A stretch of 40,090 nt of DNA, taken from NCBI GenBank assembly GCA_002269645.1, contig NIVC01003387.1:1-40090 (forward strand), in the 5' to 3' direction. Below are positions 1-11,324 of the stretch, piece after piece (position 1 is the stretch's first letter; every line of letters begins with the position of its first letter). The notes below the pieces were generated by a model. The model was not told the DNA's origin and made no database searches. It was given only the letters and a program-made list of their open reading frames with translations. Both the position numbers and the translations under genes were made by a program. This DNA is from Macrostomum lignano (lineage: Eukaryota).

Positions 1-413
1 GCTGCTGCACTGGCAGGGAACACCCCGCATGTTTGACGGCCCAATCAGACTCGGTGCCGGCAGAGCTTCCACTTGGAACAGACAGCCGCTGGTAGAGCTC
101 CGGGCAGGCCTCGAATTCGTCCAGAGTTGATAGGGCGGCAAAGTTCTCACGCAGAAATGTGACCAAATATTCTATGTCCCAAGCCAGGCCGATTTAATAG
201 GAATGGAATATTGGCGCTGCTGCTGATCACTAGGGATAGGACTCCAAGGTGCGGCCGCCAGATACATATACAGCGGCCACCTTCACCGCCTGCACCAAGC
301 AGCACATGTTGATTTGGTTGGCCAAATTTCAGAGTGCCATAGACAAATAGATGCAGTGGTAGCTGAGGCTTAATAGGTTCATTAATATTAATAATATTAG
401 AACTGGCAGACAT
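1..413 (-). CDS. GGACT: Gamma-glutamylaminecyclotransferase (AIG2-like/GGCT family), intronless, broken by several 1-nt indels, 3' end off the window
   Basis: LFVYGTLKFGQPNQHVL, NIPFLLNRPGLGHRIFG and, in shifted frames, TLESYP(L)VI and LDEFEACPELYQR follow the GGACT motifs FVYGTLK.GQPN, TLEPYPLVI, NIPWLL..PG.G and LDDFESCP.LYQR. Frame changes are needed near 265, 235, 155 and 77. Confidence 0.8.
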
Positions 414-2094
414 TGTAGTAGACTCTGAAATGTTATTAGTTTTAATTTGAAATTAAATGATGTAATAATAAACAAGGCAAAGTGAAAATAGCAAAGTACT
501 CTTATAGCTTCTTATAATTATATTATATAGTGCCTAGTATAAGTATGAATAATACATTGTGCTTAAAACTTGCAAAGATAAAGATATAGTCCCACTTGCC
601 CTCCATTTCTACTATATCTAATATAAGATTTAAATTTATTTTGCACAAAAATTATAACCTTATAGTTCTATATCAAAGCATAATTTATATGCTAAGCTAG
701 GCCTAACAATTTTAAGACAATATAAATATTGACTTGGACAACCTTTTTCATTTTTTTTACTTTAAAGAAGAAAAATTTATAAGTAGGCTTATTTTATAGT
801 TAATATGCTATAAATTTTATTAAAAATAGTTCACTATCGTGAGCTAGACTATCTAATGCCATAGGCCTAGCTAAAAGTGGAATAATAGGGGACCCAGGTT
901 GCATATTCCTTGGATTTTGTAAACCATTTCTGATTATTTTATAGCTTTTTATGCAACACTCATGATATCATGATATCACCTATTGTATTCTATATTATTT
1001 CATGGTTTAATTTATTACCGTTTTAACACATGCACTTGCCACTAAATAGTTTTTGATTTATTGTTTTGTCAATTAAAATGCTTTGTATTGATATAAATTT
1101 TGTTTTATCACATGGAATCTTACTTTCATTAATTTAAACAACTTCGAAAATTTAAAACCACGTAGCTCGTACATCAGTTTTTTATAAATAAAAGTTAAAT
1201 TTATGTACAAATACTTCTGGTTTAACAATTAAATTCATGCTGAAAGAAAAAATTTGTTTATAACTTACGTATATTTCAATTTGAGATTTACCCAGCTATA
1301 GGAAATTAGGAATGGAACCGACCGAGCTCCGCTTAGCGGCTTAGCTATCATCGGCGATGCATCAGCTCTGAAGACAAAAGAGTTTCGGTCCAAAATGTTG
1401 TGAATTTTTAGAAAGCTAAACTTTTAACGAAGTGTTATATCATAGGCCTATCTATGGTTATATATATTGTATTGTATTGTAGTCCTAATTAACATAATAT
1501 GATTGCTTCAATGTAGGCTAGTAGTAGTAATTTTATAAATCTACACGTCCAATGCCAATGCCCTATGGCAATAGTCTTTTGGACTTTATTGTAATGTAAT
1601 GGAGTTCTGCCATAACCAAAATGATTCTTAACAAGCAAAAAACATTCCTGAAATTATATCAATGATCAATACAACCTACAACAATAGTATATATCATATC
1701 ACATTACTTATATCTGAAATTGATTGATATGCCAATCAGATTGGCAATCTGTATGCCAGCCATGTAAGGCTAAGGCCCATGTTGATCACCTTTATATATG
1801 TATACCAATCTGTTTTCCAAAGCCCCATTCAAGTCCAGTATTTAAATTAGAAAATTTTGACATAGGCCTATAGTAGGCTTATCTTCGAGACTATGGCCTA
1901 ATCCTTGGAGAGACTTAAAACTTCCTAATCTTGTTCTGTTTAGGCCCTTTGGCTTTGCATTAAAATTGAAGATTTTTATCTTTTTCTTATGTTCTTTAAC
2001 TTTAGTTAACCCCTATCACTAGGGCCTATCACTGCATTTAAAGGCATTTTTACAATTAGTAGTTTTTGCATATAGATAGTACTAGCAATCTACG

Positions 2095-3480
2095 CCCCCC
2101 ATTGGGGAGCCAAAGAAATAAAAATACACGTTTTTTAATAAGCTACATATGTAGCCTTGAAATCTTAAAAAATATCATGTCAAACTTCTAACCCTAACCC
2201 TAACCCTAACCATAACCCCAAATTTAATATTTTGTCCATGAGTTTTTGCATGACGCTTCCATTATTTTTTGCATGACGCTTCCATGATTTTTACATGACG
2301 TATCCATTATTTTTGCATGACACTTCCACAATAAACATTTTTAATAAGCTATATGAGCTACGTTATAGGCCTAAGCTACCCTAAATCTAACCCTAACCCT
2401 AACCCGAATCTTAATGCTATAACCCAGAACATAAACCCTAAATCTAAACCCTAATACCAACCCTAACACTAACCCTACAGCCTGACATCTGCATAAGTTT
2501 GTGAAGCATTAGTAGTATTTTTTAGCTTAGTATCTTAGCATTGGGGAGCCAAAAATGCAGTACAAGTTTTGTAATAAACTACATGTAGCATCTCTTTGCA
2601 ATATACATCAGAAGTCCTTTGTAAGCCTTGACATGTCAGTAATTCGCCCAACAAGCTTTAACATATCAACTTCCCCCCTCGACATCTTAGAGATGCCCCC
2701 AATAAGCCTTGAAATCTAAAAAGATCTGTCAACCTTCTAACCCTAACCCTAGCCTAACCTTAACCCTAACCCTAGCCCTAACCCTAAAGAGTTGACATTT
2801 CAGTAATTCTCTCCAAGAGTCATTATAGCACTATAGCATTATAGCAATTCCTTGTAAGCCTCGACATCGTAGGTATTCCCAAATGAATCTCTTAACTTCG
2901 ACATAAAGCTTCTTTTATATTTTATATTATGATTTTTCTATCAGCAATCCCTCCCCTAAGGAGGCATCAAATAATGAAATAAAAAGTTTTCAATGGACTA
3001 CATGTAGCTTTTGACTTTAGCCTTGACATTTGTTATTCCCCTGTGAGCCTTGACATGTCAGCAATGCCCCCCATAAACCTTGAAATCTGAAAAATCCCCT
3101 GTTAACCTTGAAACCCGCTAAAATCTAACCCTCAACCCAAACCTAACCTAAACCTAAATTTAACCCAACCTAAAGCCTTGAAATCACAGCAATTCTTCTC
3201 CCCTAAGCCTTGGCATTTTAGTGATTCCTTCTTTAAGAATCACAGCACTATAACGATTGCCTCCAAGCTTTGACATCGTAGCAATTCCCAAATGAATCTT
3301 TTAACTTCAACATGACTTTTCTTTTATGTATACATAGTGCTACTTTTATTTTTTACATGACTCTTCTTCTATCAGCACCCCCCCCCTTGGCGAGCCAACA
3401 AAGAATGCAATAAAAAATTGAGTAAAGTACATGAACTTTGAAGTAGCTTCTGACTTTTGCTTTGACATCTCAGAACCCCC
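2095..3480. repeat. Degenerate ~430-bp tandem macro-repeat (3-4 copies) carrying telomere-like (CCCTAA)n tracts
   Basis: The motif ttggggagccaa...aataaaaa...ctacatgtagc recurs near 2100, 2540, 2955 and 3385. (CCCTAA)-like tracts lie at ~2188-2220, 2385-2475, 2738-2787 and 3123-3172, mostly preceded by aagccttgaaatct. Confidence 0.6.
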
Positions 3481-3689
3481 CCCCCGTAATCTCAGTTATT
3501 CTCTATGAGCCTTGACATCTCAGTAATTTATTCTCCCCAGCAAAGCACTATAGCTTCATTTAATTTTTACATGACACATTTCATGTCTGACTTAAGGCTT
3601 CTTTTGATTTTTACATGACGCTTCTTTTTTTCTTCCATAATGCTTCTTCATTTTGTAAATGACACTTTCATTAGTTTTTATATGAGGCT

Positions 3690-5010
3690 TCTATGATTTT
3701 TTACATGACGCTTCTATGATTGTTTACATGACGCTTCTATGATTTTTGCATGATGCTTCTATGATTGTTTACATGATGCTTCTATGATTTTTTACATGAC
3801 ACTTCTATGATTGTTTACATGATGCTTCTATGATTTTTTCATGTCGCTTCTATGATTTTTTACATGACGCTTCTATGATTGTTTACATGACGCTTCTATG
3901 ATTGTTTACATGACGCTTCTATGATTTTTACTTTTACAATGACGCTTCTATGATTTTTTACATGACACTTCTATGATTTTTTACATGACGCTTCTATGAT
4001 TGTTTACATGACGCTTCTATGATTTTTTACATGACGCTTCTATGATTGTTTACATGACGCTTCTATGATTTTTTCATGACGTTTCTATGATTGTTTACAT
4101 GACACTTCTATGCTTTTTACATGACGCTTCTATGATTGTTTACATGATGCTTCTAAGATTTTGTCATGTCGCTTCTATGATTTTTGCATGACGCTTCCAT
4201 GATTGTTTACATGACGCTTATATGATTTTTTACATGACGCTTCTATGATTGTTTACATGATGCTTCTATAATTGTTTACATGACGCTTCTATAATTGTTT
4301 ACATGACGCTTCTATGATTTTTTCATGACGTTTCTATGATTGTTTACATGACGCTTCTATGATTGTTTACATGACGCTTCTATGATTTTTACTTTTACAA
4401 TGACGCTTCTATGATTTTTTACATGACGCTTCTATGATTTTTTACATGACGCTTCTATGATTGTTTACATGACGCTTCTATGATTTTTTACATGACGCTT
4501 CTATGATTTTTTACATGACGCTTCTATGATTGTTTACATGACGCTTCTATGATTTTTTCATGACGTTTCTATGATTTTTTACATGACGCTTCTATGATTG
4601 TTTACATGATGCTTCTAAGATTTTGTCATGTCGCTTCTATGATTTTTGCATGACGCTTCCATGATTGTTTACATGACGCTTATATGATTTTTTACATGAC
4701 ACTTCTATGATTGTTTACATGATGCTTCTATAATTGTTTACATGACGCTTCTATAATTGTTTACATGACGCTTCTATGATTGTTTACATGATGCTTCTAT
4801 GATTTTACATGATGCTTCTATGATTGTTTACATGACGCTTCTATGATTTTTTACATGACACTTATATGATTTTTACATGACGCTTCTATGATTGTTTACA
4901 TGACGCTTCTATGATTTTTTCATGACGCTTCTATGATTTTTTTGCATGACGCTTCTATGATTTTTTCCTGACGCTTCTATGATTGTTTACATGATGCTTC
5001 TTTGATTTTT
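3690..5010. repeat. 23-bp minisatellite (catgacgcttctatgatt[g/t]ttta), ~57 copies
   Basis: Directly visible tandem array. Degenerate copies of the same unit occur at 2240-2330 and 3570-3690. Confidence 0.95.
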
Positions 5011-7834
5011 TACAGTTTTCCCGATGTTAAAAAGCTTCAATTAAAAAAACTTCACTCTCTAAAAATTCAAACCAGCATCCCTGCATTTGGCAGTTCAGTC
5101 TGTTCACCTCTAGGCTAGCTCTCATCGTTTTGATAACATGAATTTTAGCACTCATATATAATTCAACAGTTTCAAAACTCCAAGCATAGAGTAAATCACA
5201 CGAGGCAGTTATGACATAATCAATTTTCAGTCAGTCAGTATCAGTTAACAATATGGTTACGCAATCTAAATCAAGTCTGGTGCTACGCTTCCACACTGCA
5301 TTTTCAATACTGTGACGCAATTTAAGTTGGAGTTACAATTCAGTTATGATGCAATCTATTTCACAATCAGAATTCCACTAGTCAGTTTTTTCTCTAGAAT
5401 TCTTACAATGCATTTCAAGTCGAAAAGTTTGCTTGACCTTTGCAAAAAAGCATGTTTTTCGAATATTTAATGCCTTTAGCATCAAGCAATTTCGTAGCCA
5501 CAATGCATGTACAGTCACGGGAAAATTTCTGATGTAACAGTGCAAGTCTCATGAAAATCGGTTAAGCCATTTTTCTCTAATCTATCACATATATATCATC
5601 ACATCAAACATCACATTTTTAGTATATAGGAAGTTTTGATTTTTAGTATATTGGATTAAAATTGGGTAATCATCTTTATCCTAATTTCCTTGTAATTCCC
5701 CCTTTGTAAATTACAAAAAACATTTAAGTAAAATGATTCTTCAAAAAAGTTGTTTACCCTAAAATTAAAAACAAATTAATTGGTTTTAAAATAGCTATTT
5801 AAATATTAAAAATGTATATTAAAGCCATAGATATTTTTGAGGTGGTTCCCAAAGAGTATATCCAAGGTACTAAGGTACTATCAAAGATAGATGGCTGCCC
5901 TAAAAAATTGCTTTTTGTGATAGCCTTCTATCTCTTATAATTAAGACATAACTAATAGTAGCTATCAATAAACTAGGCTTTATCTTTTCATCATAGCCAC
6001 ATGGCTAGACTTTTAGAATTTTAAAATGTCATTGACAGACTTAAAAAATTCCTTAAGAGCCTATATATGACCAACTAATAAATCATCAATATCTTGTTGG
6101 CTATTAGTAATGCAAGTTCCCATAGAGTAACATCAATGTTGATGTTAATAAGCCTGATAGTTGGCCTCAGGGCTCAGGTTAGCTTTAGCATCAAGGATAG
6201 TTATGGTTAAGGCCTAGTGCTCTACTAGGTCTTTTAGCCATTGCAATCAACAAATCAATTGAATAGTTTAAAAAAAATTTAATAAAATTAATATAATAAA
6301 CTGGAGATTGCTATAAATTATGTTAAATAGGCTTAATGCCAAATTTTGAGTATAAAAAATATAGCTAGGCCTATCCTTTTGCTAAAAGATAGTTAGACCT
6401 ATTATTTAAATAATTTTTGCAACAAAATAGGCTAATTATATTTTAAAATGAATAAATATTAAAAATTATTTTAAATCATTGATGCTTATTAGGTTGTTTT
6501 TAGATGCTTTTTAGTGTACTTTAGTGTACTTTAGTGTACTAGTTTTAGTGTAATTTATTATGCCAATACTCTTGACCTATATAAACAATATAGACCCTTG
6601 TGTTGATTAAACTATCCCTATCTCTATATATACACAATATTAAAACATGCGTCCAGCCCTTTTAGCCACATTGTATAGTCTATTATCAATTTTAATGTTT
6701 CTTCATAAATAGTGTCAACTTTAACAAGAAACTTCTATTTGTATTAGGTCTAATATAATATTTAAAAATTAATCAATATAAATTAGAAACAATAATAAAT
6801 GGAGTTATGATGTATATAGATTGCACAAGTAATGATTTATGCATAATAAATAATATAATTCAATATATATGGTTGTTCACTGAAAATTTGACTTTGCTTG
6901 ATATTGAGTAGCCCTTTATATTATTGGCCCTACTATAGATATAAATAATAGACAGGCTATTACTAAGACATTATTTCTTAAACAACCCAATTTCTAATGT
7001 CATATCATAAAAGTTAATCACACCTAAATCCTAATTAGGCAGTGAACAATCAACATCTGGCATCACCTCTACAAAGTATGACCCAAGGGCAGCATGCAGG
7101 TCTAGGCCATCAGCTCAGCGTTGCTCACATGCTTGGGGAACCAGATGCTTAGGGCATTGCACAGGTGACAATGATGTACATTAGAGTATGCAGCAATAAC
7201 ATACATATTGCATACCCATTCTGCAATATTGGCAACACACACACATATAAGTTGCTATTGGCTCAGAGCAGTCACGTGACTACTATTCCATCCAATAGCG
7301 ACTTACATGTGTGTGTTGCCAATAGAAATGGCCGGGTGAATCCCTAGGTTGTGCCCAAGCATGCACTACTAGTCTAAAAATATTTTTGAATAATTTTTTA
7401 AATGATTTGGCTGTAAATATCAAAGTAAAACTATTGATATTACTCTTTGAATATGATAATTTTGAGTACTTAAGCCAGGTATTTCTATTTAATTTAAAAA
7501 ATAAATAATGAAAAAATATGCAATTCTTACATGAAAAACCCTGCTGATTCTGACTTTAGTTCAGTAGTTAATTTTTTAATTCTATATTAACTAAAAGATT
7601 CTTTTCTCATTTTATACCTGGTAGAACTAGAAGGATAAAAAATTCATGTAGTTTTTTATTAAAGCTGAATATTGACAATAGGGTTTTCGATGCTTCAAAA
7701 CAATGAAAAAAAACACAAAGTTACTTTATTGAATATTTAATTCCTTTTTGTAATTTATAACGTCTACTAAAAGTAATATAATATTTCCTTCAACTCTGCC
7801 ACGCATAACTTTCATGCCCGCCGCTAATTAAACG

Positions 7835-8508
7835 ATGACTCACCAGCGACTCACCCTAAGGCGCCGCCTGTCCTACAATACCAAGTCTAATAGGCGCACA
7901 GTGTCCAAGACTCCTGGCGGCCGGCTTGTCTATCTTTATCGCAAAAAGTTGGGCGCCGTTCCCAAATGCGGCGATTGCAAAGTTAAACTGCACGGCGTCA
8001 CGCCTAGCAGGCCGATGGAGCGCTGTCGCATGTCCAAGCGGCTGAAGACTGTCAACAGGGCCTATGGCGGATCTCGCTGCCACCGTTGCGTCACTGAGCG
8101 GTAAGCGGCCAAAGTACGAGTACATTGATGTCCCTTTTAGCCGATCCCCATTAACAATGATTTCACAGTTGTTTACTTTCCGGTGCTTCAGTATCCCCCA
8201 TATCCGGTGCTTCAGTTCCCCCCATATCCGGTGCTTCAGTGTCCCCTATATCCGGTGCTTCAGTTCCCCCCCCCATATCCGGTGCTTCAGTTCCCCCCCA
8301 TATCCGGTGCTTCAGTTCTCCCCATATCCGGTGCTTCAGATCCTCATATCCGGTCCTTAATCCCATGTTGCTAACATTAATTCAGCAGTAGCAATCTTGC
8401 AATAACATCCCCAACCCACAAATCCGCAGGATTGTTCGCGCCTTCTTAGTTGAGGAGCAGAAGATTGTGCAGAAGGTGATGCGCGCCAAGGCTAAATCAG
8501 CGGAGTAA
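7835..8508 (+). CDS. RPL34: 60S ribosomal protein L34 (eL34), exons 7835-8100 and 8430-8508, 114 aa
   Basis: QRLTLRRRLSYNTKSN...TPGGRLVYLY..K...PKCGDC...RAYGGSRC..CV..R|IVRAFLVEEQKIV is canonical eL34. Donor CG|gtaagc at 8101, acceptor cgcag|G at 8429, stop TAA 8506-8508, AATAAA at 8607-8612. Confidence 0.97.
8178..8355. repeat. ~24-bp minisatellite (ccccatatccggtgcttcagtt) inside the RPL34 intron, ~7-8 copies
   Basis: Directly visible. It explains the repetitive ORFs at 8064-8374. Confidence 0.9.
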
Positions 8509-8879
8509 CAATGTTTGCTCCATTCTGTGTTTCGCTTGTAAAGCATTAACTGAATTGGTCTGTTGGTATTGTGTTAAAGGCAGTTAAAATTTAGCGAGTG
8601 TGGACAAATAAACACGAATAATTGTTTTGGAATTGAAAAATTTGCTGGAGAAACTTGTCTCTTTATTTTATTTCCTTCTAGTGCTGCTTTTACTTTAGAT
8701 TGTTACGCTAGAAAAGCAATTGTGAAACAAAATTCATAAATGATTTTTGTACTACTCATAGACTTCAAAATAGTAGTACTCTAGGCTTTTCTAAAGAATA
8801 GAATAACACGCATTCTCTCGTAAATACTAAATCTGATACCTTCGTTAGGGGGGACCGGCCATCTTGCCAGTAGATCTGC

Positions 8880-8913
8880 TACTAACACCGCGAATCTTCA
8901 CATTCATGCACAG
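8880..8913 (+). promoter_or_regulatory. Branch point plus 3' splice acceptor upstream of LSM12 (candidate trans-splice acceptor)
   Basis: TACTAAC at 8880-8886 and CAG at 8911-8913. No ATG between 8914 and the LSM12 start at 9022, and no strong GTRAGT donor seen between the RPL34 polyA signal and this site. Confidence 0.5.
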
Positions 8914-9021
8914 TTGCCAAGCGAACTAAAGCCGGTAATAAAAGTCGATTTTAAAGCTATACACGTGGTATCTTCTAAACTATTATCTTTTTCCTATCTT
9001 CCTAACGCATACGCCTGTAAA

Positions 9022-9669
9022 ATGTCTGTGGACGGAGCGTTTGCCAATGTTAACCAGCCGCAACAGCAGCCACAGCAGCCTCAGCAGCAGCAGCAGCTGG
9101 CTTCGGGACCAGGCAATAACAGAACCATCCCACGAGTCACGCAGCCTCACTTCTCTCAGCAGTCGCATCAGCAGCAGCAGCAGATTCACATTGCTAGGCA
9201 CTCAGTGTCTTCTCCATCGCCTCCACCGCTGCAGCATCACCAACATCAGCATCAGCAGCAGTACCAGCGCAAGCCGCAGCATCTATCTAATCAATATTTC
9301 CCAGCCGGATCGACTGTTGAATTAACTAAACGCGAGACTGGCGAATTAATTCGCGGAGCCGAAGTGCTGCTGCACGATCCGATAGGTGACTGCATTGTGG
9401 TCCGGCTGGCGGCCAGGAGCGGCCGGCCAGGCCTATTCGACGTGCATTATTACAATTTAGCCTTTGTTGACGTTCGAATACACACTATGCCAGACTCCGC
9501 GGGCACCGTTTCGCCGGAGCTTGACGTTGAAAAAGTGCAGCATCGACTGCAGCGCAATATCGAACGGGCTAATATGCGGCAGCAGCAGCAGCAAGCAAAA
9601 GGTGCAACAGGTGGCGGTGGAGCGCCTGCCACAACTACAGCTCAATCAGCTTCCAGGCCAACTGCTTGA
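9022..9669 (+). CDS. LSM12: LSM12-like protein (Q/H-rich N-terminus plus Lsm domain), intronless, 215 aa
   Basis: YFPAGSTV...GAEVLLHDP....IVVR..A.SGRP...DVHYYNLAFV...LDVEKV resembles LSM12 YFSVGSQV...GEVVAFD....LALK..SSSGKP..ADI.LINLQYV...LNVSKL. First ATG at 9022, AATAAA at 9760-9765. Confidence 0.75.
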   Translation: MSVDGAFANVNQPQQQPQQPQQQQQLASGPGNNRTIPRVTQPHFSQQSHQQQQQIHIARHSVSSPSPPPLQHHQHQHQQQYQRKPQHLSNQYFPAGSTVELTKRETGELIRGAEVLLHDPIGDCIVVRLAARSGRPGLFDVHYYNLAFVDVRIHTMPDSAGTVSPELDVEKVQHRLQRNIERANMRQQQQQAKGATGGGGAPATTTAQSASRPTA

Positions 9670-10151
9670 TGTATTGCTTTCTCTGAGATAATCATAAATA
9701 GGCTCTGTCGTTTAGGGGGACAATCAATGGTTAATATAGGAGACAAACGCCAATATATTAATAAAATTATGTCACTAGGCTTTCCGAATAGACCGGGGGG
9801 GGGGGGTTATAGATCTCACGCTCAACCCCCATATCATAGCAATGATGTGCTAATTTGGAACCAATAATTAATAAATTTTGCCAAGCGCAATAGGGTGCAA
9901 TATACTGAATTCTGCATCGCTAGCAATTCGTGCATTAATTTGTGTGCTAACTTTTTTGCTTGTTTGTTTGATCATTTTTGGCTAAATATTAAAAAAAATT
10001 AAGACGGCCCCGCACCCCATTCTCTCTTGCACCCTTCTCAGCCACATCGACCTGTAGTCGTCTTTCCTTTGACCCGTTCTTCAAGGTTGTTTGGCCCCTG
10101 TCTCATCGTCATCGTATTTTTGTATTAATTTTCTAAAATAACTAGATTCTA

Positions 10152-10504
10152 AAATAACTGGATGGACCACTCAGGCATATATACTTAGCAAAAACAGCTT
10201 TCTACTTTCAGTTCAGTAGCAAAGAAGAATACATAAGCTATTTTATACAAATAAAGGCAGCTAAAATTACTTTGATAAGTTTAAAAGCCAAAGTTGCAGG
10301 CGGAAACAACTTGCTAATTGGTTCAGCAGTAATGTACATTAGCCAGTTCAAAACGCGGTTGGAGGGTTTTAGCCAGGGGGTAAGAGCCAATAAATGAGCC
10401 TTGGCTTTAAAAATGAATTAAAATGCTTCTGGTAAACATAGCTCGTACTACTGAACTGAAAGTAGTTTACACGCAAATGTGCTGAGTAGCCCATCTAGTT
10501 ATTC
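10152..10504. mobile_element. MITE with long imperfect TIRs, flanked by TA
   Basis: Perfect 18-bp inverted pair 10202-10219 (ctactttcagttcagtag) / 10448-10465. Outer pair aaataactggatggaccactcaggcatat / atgtgctgagtagcccatctagttattc. TA at 10150-10151 and 10505-10506. No coding capacity. Confidence 0.55.
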
Positions 10505-11107
10505 TAGTATCTCATCTGTGGTACAGGATAAACTTATATAAAAATGTGCAGTATGTTCTACTTGACGCCTGCCGATTTAAATAGTATAACTAGTGTGCTA
10601 AGAGTTCTATTAGGAACGAGGTAATAAGATGTTGCTCATTGAAGTTGTCAGCTCTAAGATGCGTTTGCACTTGCTACTAACAGTAGTGCAGTCAAAGTTA
10701 AATAGAAAAAGTAAAAAATGCATTGAATACTTGGCCTACTGCAATGTATCCCGGTGTGCCTTTATCCTATGGAAATTTTGCTAACTTTGCAGCAGCTTGA
10801 TAATTCTTTAGCTTTGTATTTTCAGTATTGTGGCCTAAAAAACGTTGTGTCTAAAATGAACTAGTAGGCTTATCATTAAAAATAAATTTGATAGAACTGG
10901 GGGAATGTTAAATTTATTTAATAATAAATACTTGTATTAACTGGCTGTCTCCATTGTAAATCTGTCTGTCCCGTATTGTATTTTAATTTCAACTTATTGT
11001 AATTTAGCCAATACTGTACTATACAGCTTATTTCGAGACAATTTATTAATACTAACGTCTGTCCGTCTCTCATCTAATTTAACTTTTTGTTCGTCCTTTT
11101 TTTAAAG

Positions 11108-11136
11108 CTGGTAGCTACGTGTGAAGAAGGATAGCA
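11108..11136 (+). other. 29-nt non-coding exon candidate (probable TDRD3 5'UTR exon)
   Basis: TACTAAC at 11050-11056, long pyrimidine tract, aaag| acceptor at 11107, |gtaagt donor at 11137. The next strong acceptor, tttcaag| at 12627, sits 11 nt before the TDRD3 ATG. Confidence 0.5.
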
Positions 11137-11324
11137 GTAAGTCCGTAGCCTTATACTTGTGTACCTTAAATACAAAAAAATTATTTCATTTTCCACTCAA
11201 CTGTTGGGTTATCTAACTCGACTTGACTGCAGATAGGAAATGTTGTTTTGCAATAAACTGCTTTTGTCTTGCATGCCTTTCTCTGATATTTTGCTTATAG
11301 CCTTCTTTGAGCTGTCAATCAGGC

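Noticed and set aside
2188-3172. True telomere or chromosome fusion site
   Set aside because: The tracts are short, degenerate and embedded in a larger repeat unit, with no long head-to-head TTAGGG/CCCTAA junction.
7271-7280. Palindromic GTCACGTGAC E-box ~560 nt upstream of RPL34
   Set aside because: A single 10-mer with no supporting context; could be chance.
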